This document shows positions 18,498 through 20,000 of a stretch of 20,000 nt of DNA, one piece after another. Below the pieces are notes generated by a model. It was not told the DNA's origin. It worked only from the letters and a program-made list of their open reading frames with translations, and made no database searches. The stretch's first letter is position 1; the number at the start of each line of letters is the position of its first letter. The stretch lies in sequence record SRR20825006_189; one strand, 5' to 3'. The translations under genes were made by a program, and so were the position numbers.

Positions 18498-19964
18498 GTG
18501 ACGGCCATTAGACGAACAAAAATTGTTGCGACTCTGGGGCCGGCCACACAGCGTCCCGAAACACTGGATGCCATGTTTGAAGCCGGCATGAATGTGGTCA
18601 GGCTGAATTTCTCACATGGCGATCCGGCAGAGCATATCAATCTGGCCGAGCGGGTGCGTGAACGCGCCCGCATCTGCCATAAACCGGTCGGCATTCTGGC
18701 CGATCTGCAGGGCCCCAAAATCCGTATTGCCCGATTCAGAGAGGGCTCGATTGAGCTGAAAGATGACGACAGTTTTGTGCTCGATGCAGAACTGGGCAGT
18801 CAGGACGGTGATGAGCAGCAGGTCGGTATTGATTACAAAGCGCTGCCGGATGATGTCAGCGCGGACGACATTCTGCTGCTGGATGACGGCCGGATTGTGT
18901 TACGGGTGGAAGGTGTCAACGATCGCCGGATTATGACACGAGTCATTACCGGTGGCGTGTTGTCGAATAATAAAGGCATTAATCGTCAGGGCGGAGGTTT
19001 ATCGGCTGCCGCCTTAACCGATAAGGACCGGCAGGACATTATTACCGCTGCCCGAATGGAAGCCGATTATCTGGCCGTTTCATTCCCCCGCTCTGCTGAG
19101 GATATTCACGAAGCCCGGCGCCTGTTACATGAAGCCGGCGGTCATGCCGCGATTGTTGCCAAGATTGAACGCGCCGAGGCGGTTGATGCGATCGAGGAAA
19201 TTATCGAGGCGGCCGATGCCATCATGGTGGCGCGCGGTGATCTGGGTGTGGAAATGGGTGATGCGGCACTGCCGCCGATACAGAAACGTATCATCGGTCT
19301 CGCCAGGCGCATGAACCGGCTAACCATTACAGCCACCCAGATGATGGAATCGATGATACAGAGCGCGATTCCGACCCGTGCTGAAGTGTTTGATGTCGCC
19401 AATGCGGTACTGGATGGGACGGATGCTGTGATGTTGTCCGGTGAAACAGCCGTCGGTAAAAACCCGATCAAAACGATTGCGGCGATGCATCGGATTTGTC
19501 TGCAGGCAGAACAGGAGCGGGAGATTCGGGTTTCCCGCCATCGGATTGATTCCAGTTTTGAGGAGATGGATGAAGCGATTGCGATGGGGGCCATGTATCT
19601 GGCAAACCATCTCAATGTCAAAACGATCGCGGCACTGACGGAGTCGGGTTCGACCGTGTTATGGATGTCGCGGATCAGTTCCGGCATTCCGATTTTTGCG
19701 CTGACACCACATGAAAAGACAGCACGCCGGGTGACGCTATACCGGGGTGTTTATCCGATCATCTTCGCGCGACAGCACAATGACCATGCCGCGCTGAATT
19801 ACGAAATCATTGATGAGCTTGAGCGTCGCGGTGTCGTCAGCGATGGTGATATAGTTATCATTACAAAAGGTGATCTGGAGGTTCAGGGCAGCACCAATGC
19901 GCTCAAGCTGGTACGTGTTGGTGATATGGTCGAACCCCGGATCAATGGTCAAAGCTGCGAATAA
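18498..19964 (+). CDS. pyk: Pyruvate kinase (PykA/type II-like)
   Basis: RRTKIVATLGPA, RLNFSHG, ADLQGPKIR, LLLDDG, NNKGINRQGGG (PykA-type), AKIERAEA, MVARGDLGVE, ATQMMESM, PTRAEVFDVANA, MLSGETA. GTG start with AAGGAG RBS. Confidence 0.97.
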   Translation: MTAIRRTKIVATLGPATQRPETLDAMFEAGMNVVRLNFSHGDPAEHINLAERVRERARICHKPVGILADLQGPKIRIARFREGSIELKDDDSFVLDAELGSQDGDEQQVGIDYKALPDDVSADDILLLDDGRIVLRVEGVNDRRIMTRVITGGVLSNNKGINRQGGGLSAAALTDKDRQDIITAARMEADYLAVSFPRSAEDIHEARRLLHEAGGHAAIVAKIERAEAVDAIEEIIEAADAIMVARGDLGVEMGDAALPPIQKRIIGLARRMNRLTITATQMMESMIQSAIPTRAEVFDVANAVLDGTDAVMLSGETAVGKNPIKTIAAMHRICLQAEQEREIRVSRHRIDSSFEEMDEAIAMGAMYLANHLNVKTIAALTESGSTVLWMSRISSGIPIFALTPHEKTARRVTLYRGVYPIIFARQHNDHAALNYEIIDELERRGVVSDGDIVIITKGDLEVQGSTNALKLVRVGDMVEPRINGQSCE

Positions 19965-20000
19965 CGCAGTGTGACGCTTTTTCAGCCTCAACCCGCAGGG

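Overview
A gene-dense, mostly core-genome window from a gammaproteobacterium. The protein sequences look Methylophaga/Thiotrichales-like to me, but this is an unverified inference. Gene order: pyrD (5' end outside the window) -> mscS -> uncharacterised lipoprotein -> <- gloB | yafS-like methyltransferase -> rnhA -> dnaQ -> [186-bp element with arms of 9-nt repeats] -> sigma32-driven grpE -> dnaK -> dnaJ -> [hairpin plus REP doublet] -> dapB -> <- TPR lipoprotein (LpoP-like) <- mrcB (PBP1b) | thioredoxin/peroxiredoxin-like gene -> tkt -> gap -> pgk -> pyk. I saw no rRNA, tRNA, CRISPR array, transposase or prophage gene, and no clear-cut novel multi-gene system. The unexplained signal is intergenic: (i) a MITE-like element bounded by inverted 9-nt tandem repeats between dnaQ and grpE, possibly carrying a decayed coding remnant; (ii) a degenerate GTAG-type REP doublet after dnaJ; (iii) a 44-bp spacer-less palindrome in front of gap; (iv) a double stem-loop between dnaK and dnaJ. 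Protein-level points of interest are an LpoP-like PBP1b partner, a GAPDH lacking the second active-site Cys, and an orphan R/D-rich lipoprotein in the position mltD usually occupies.
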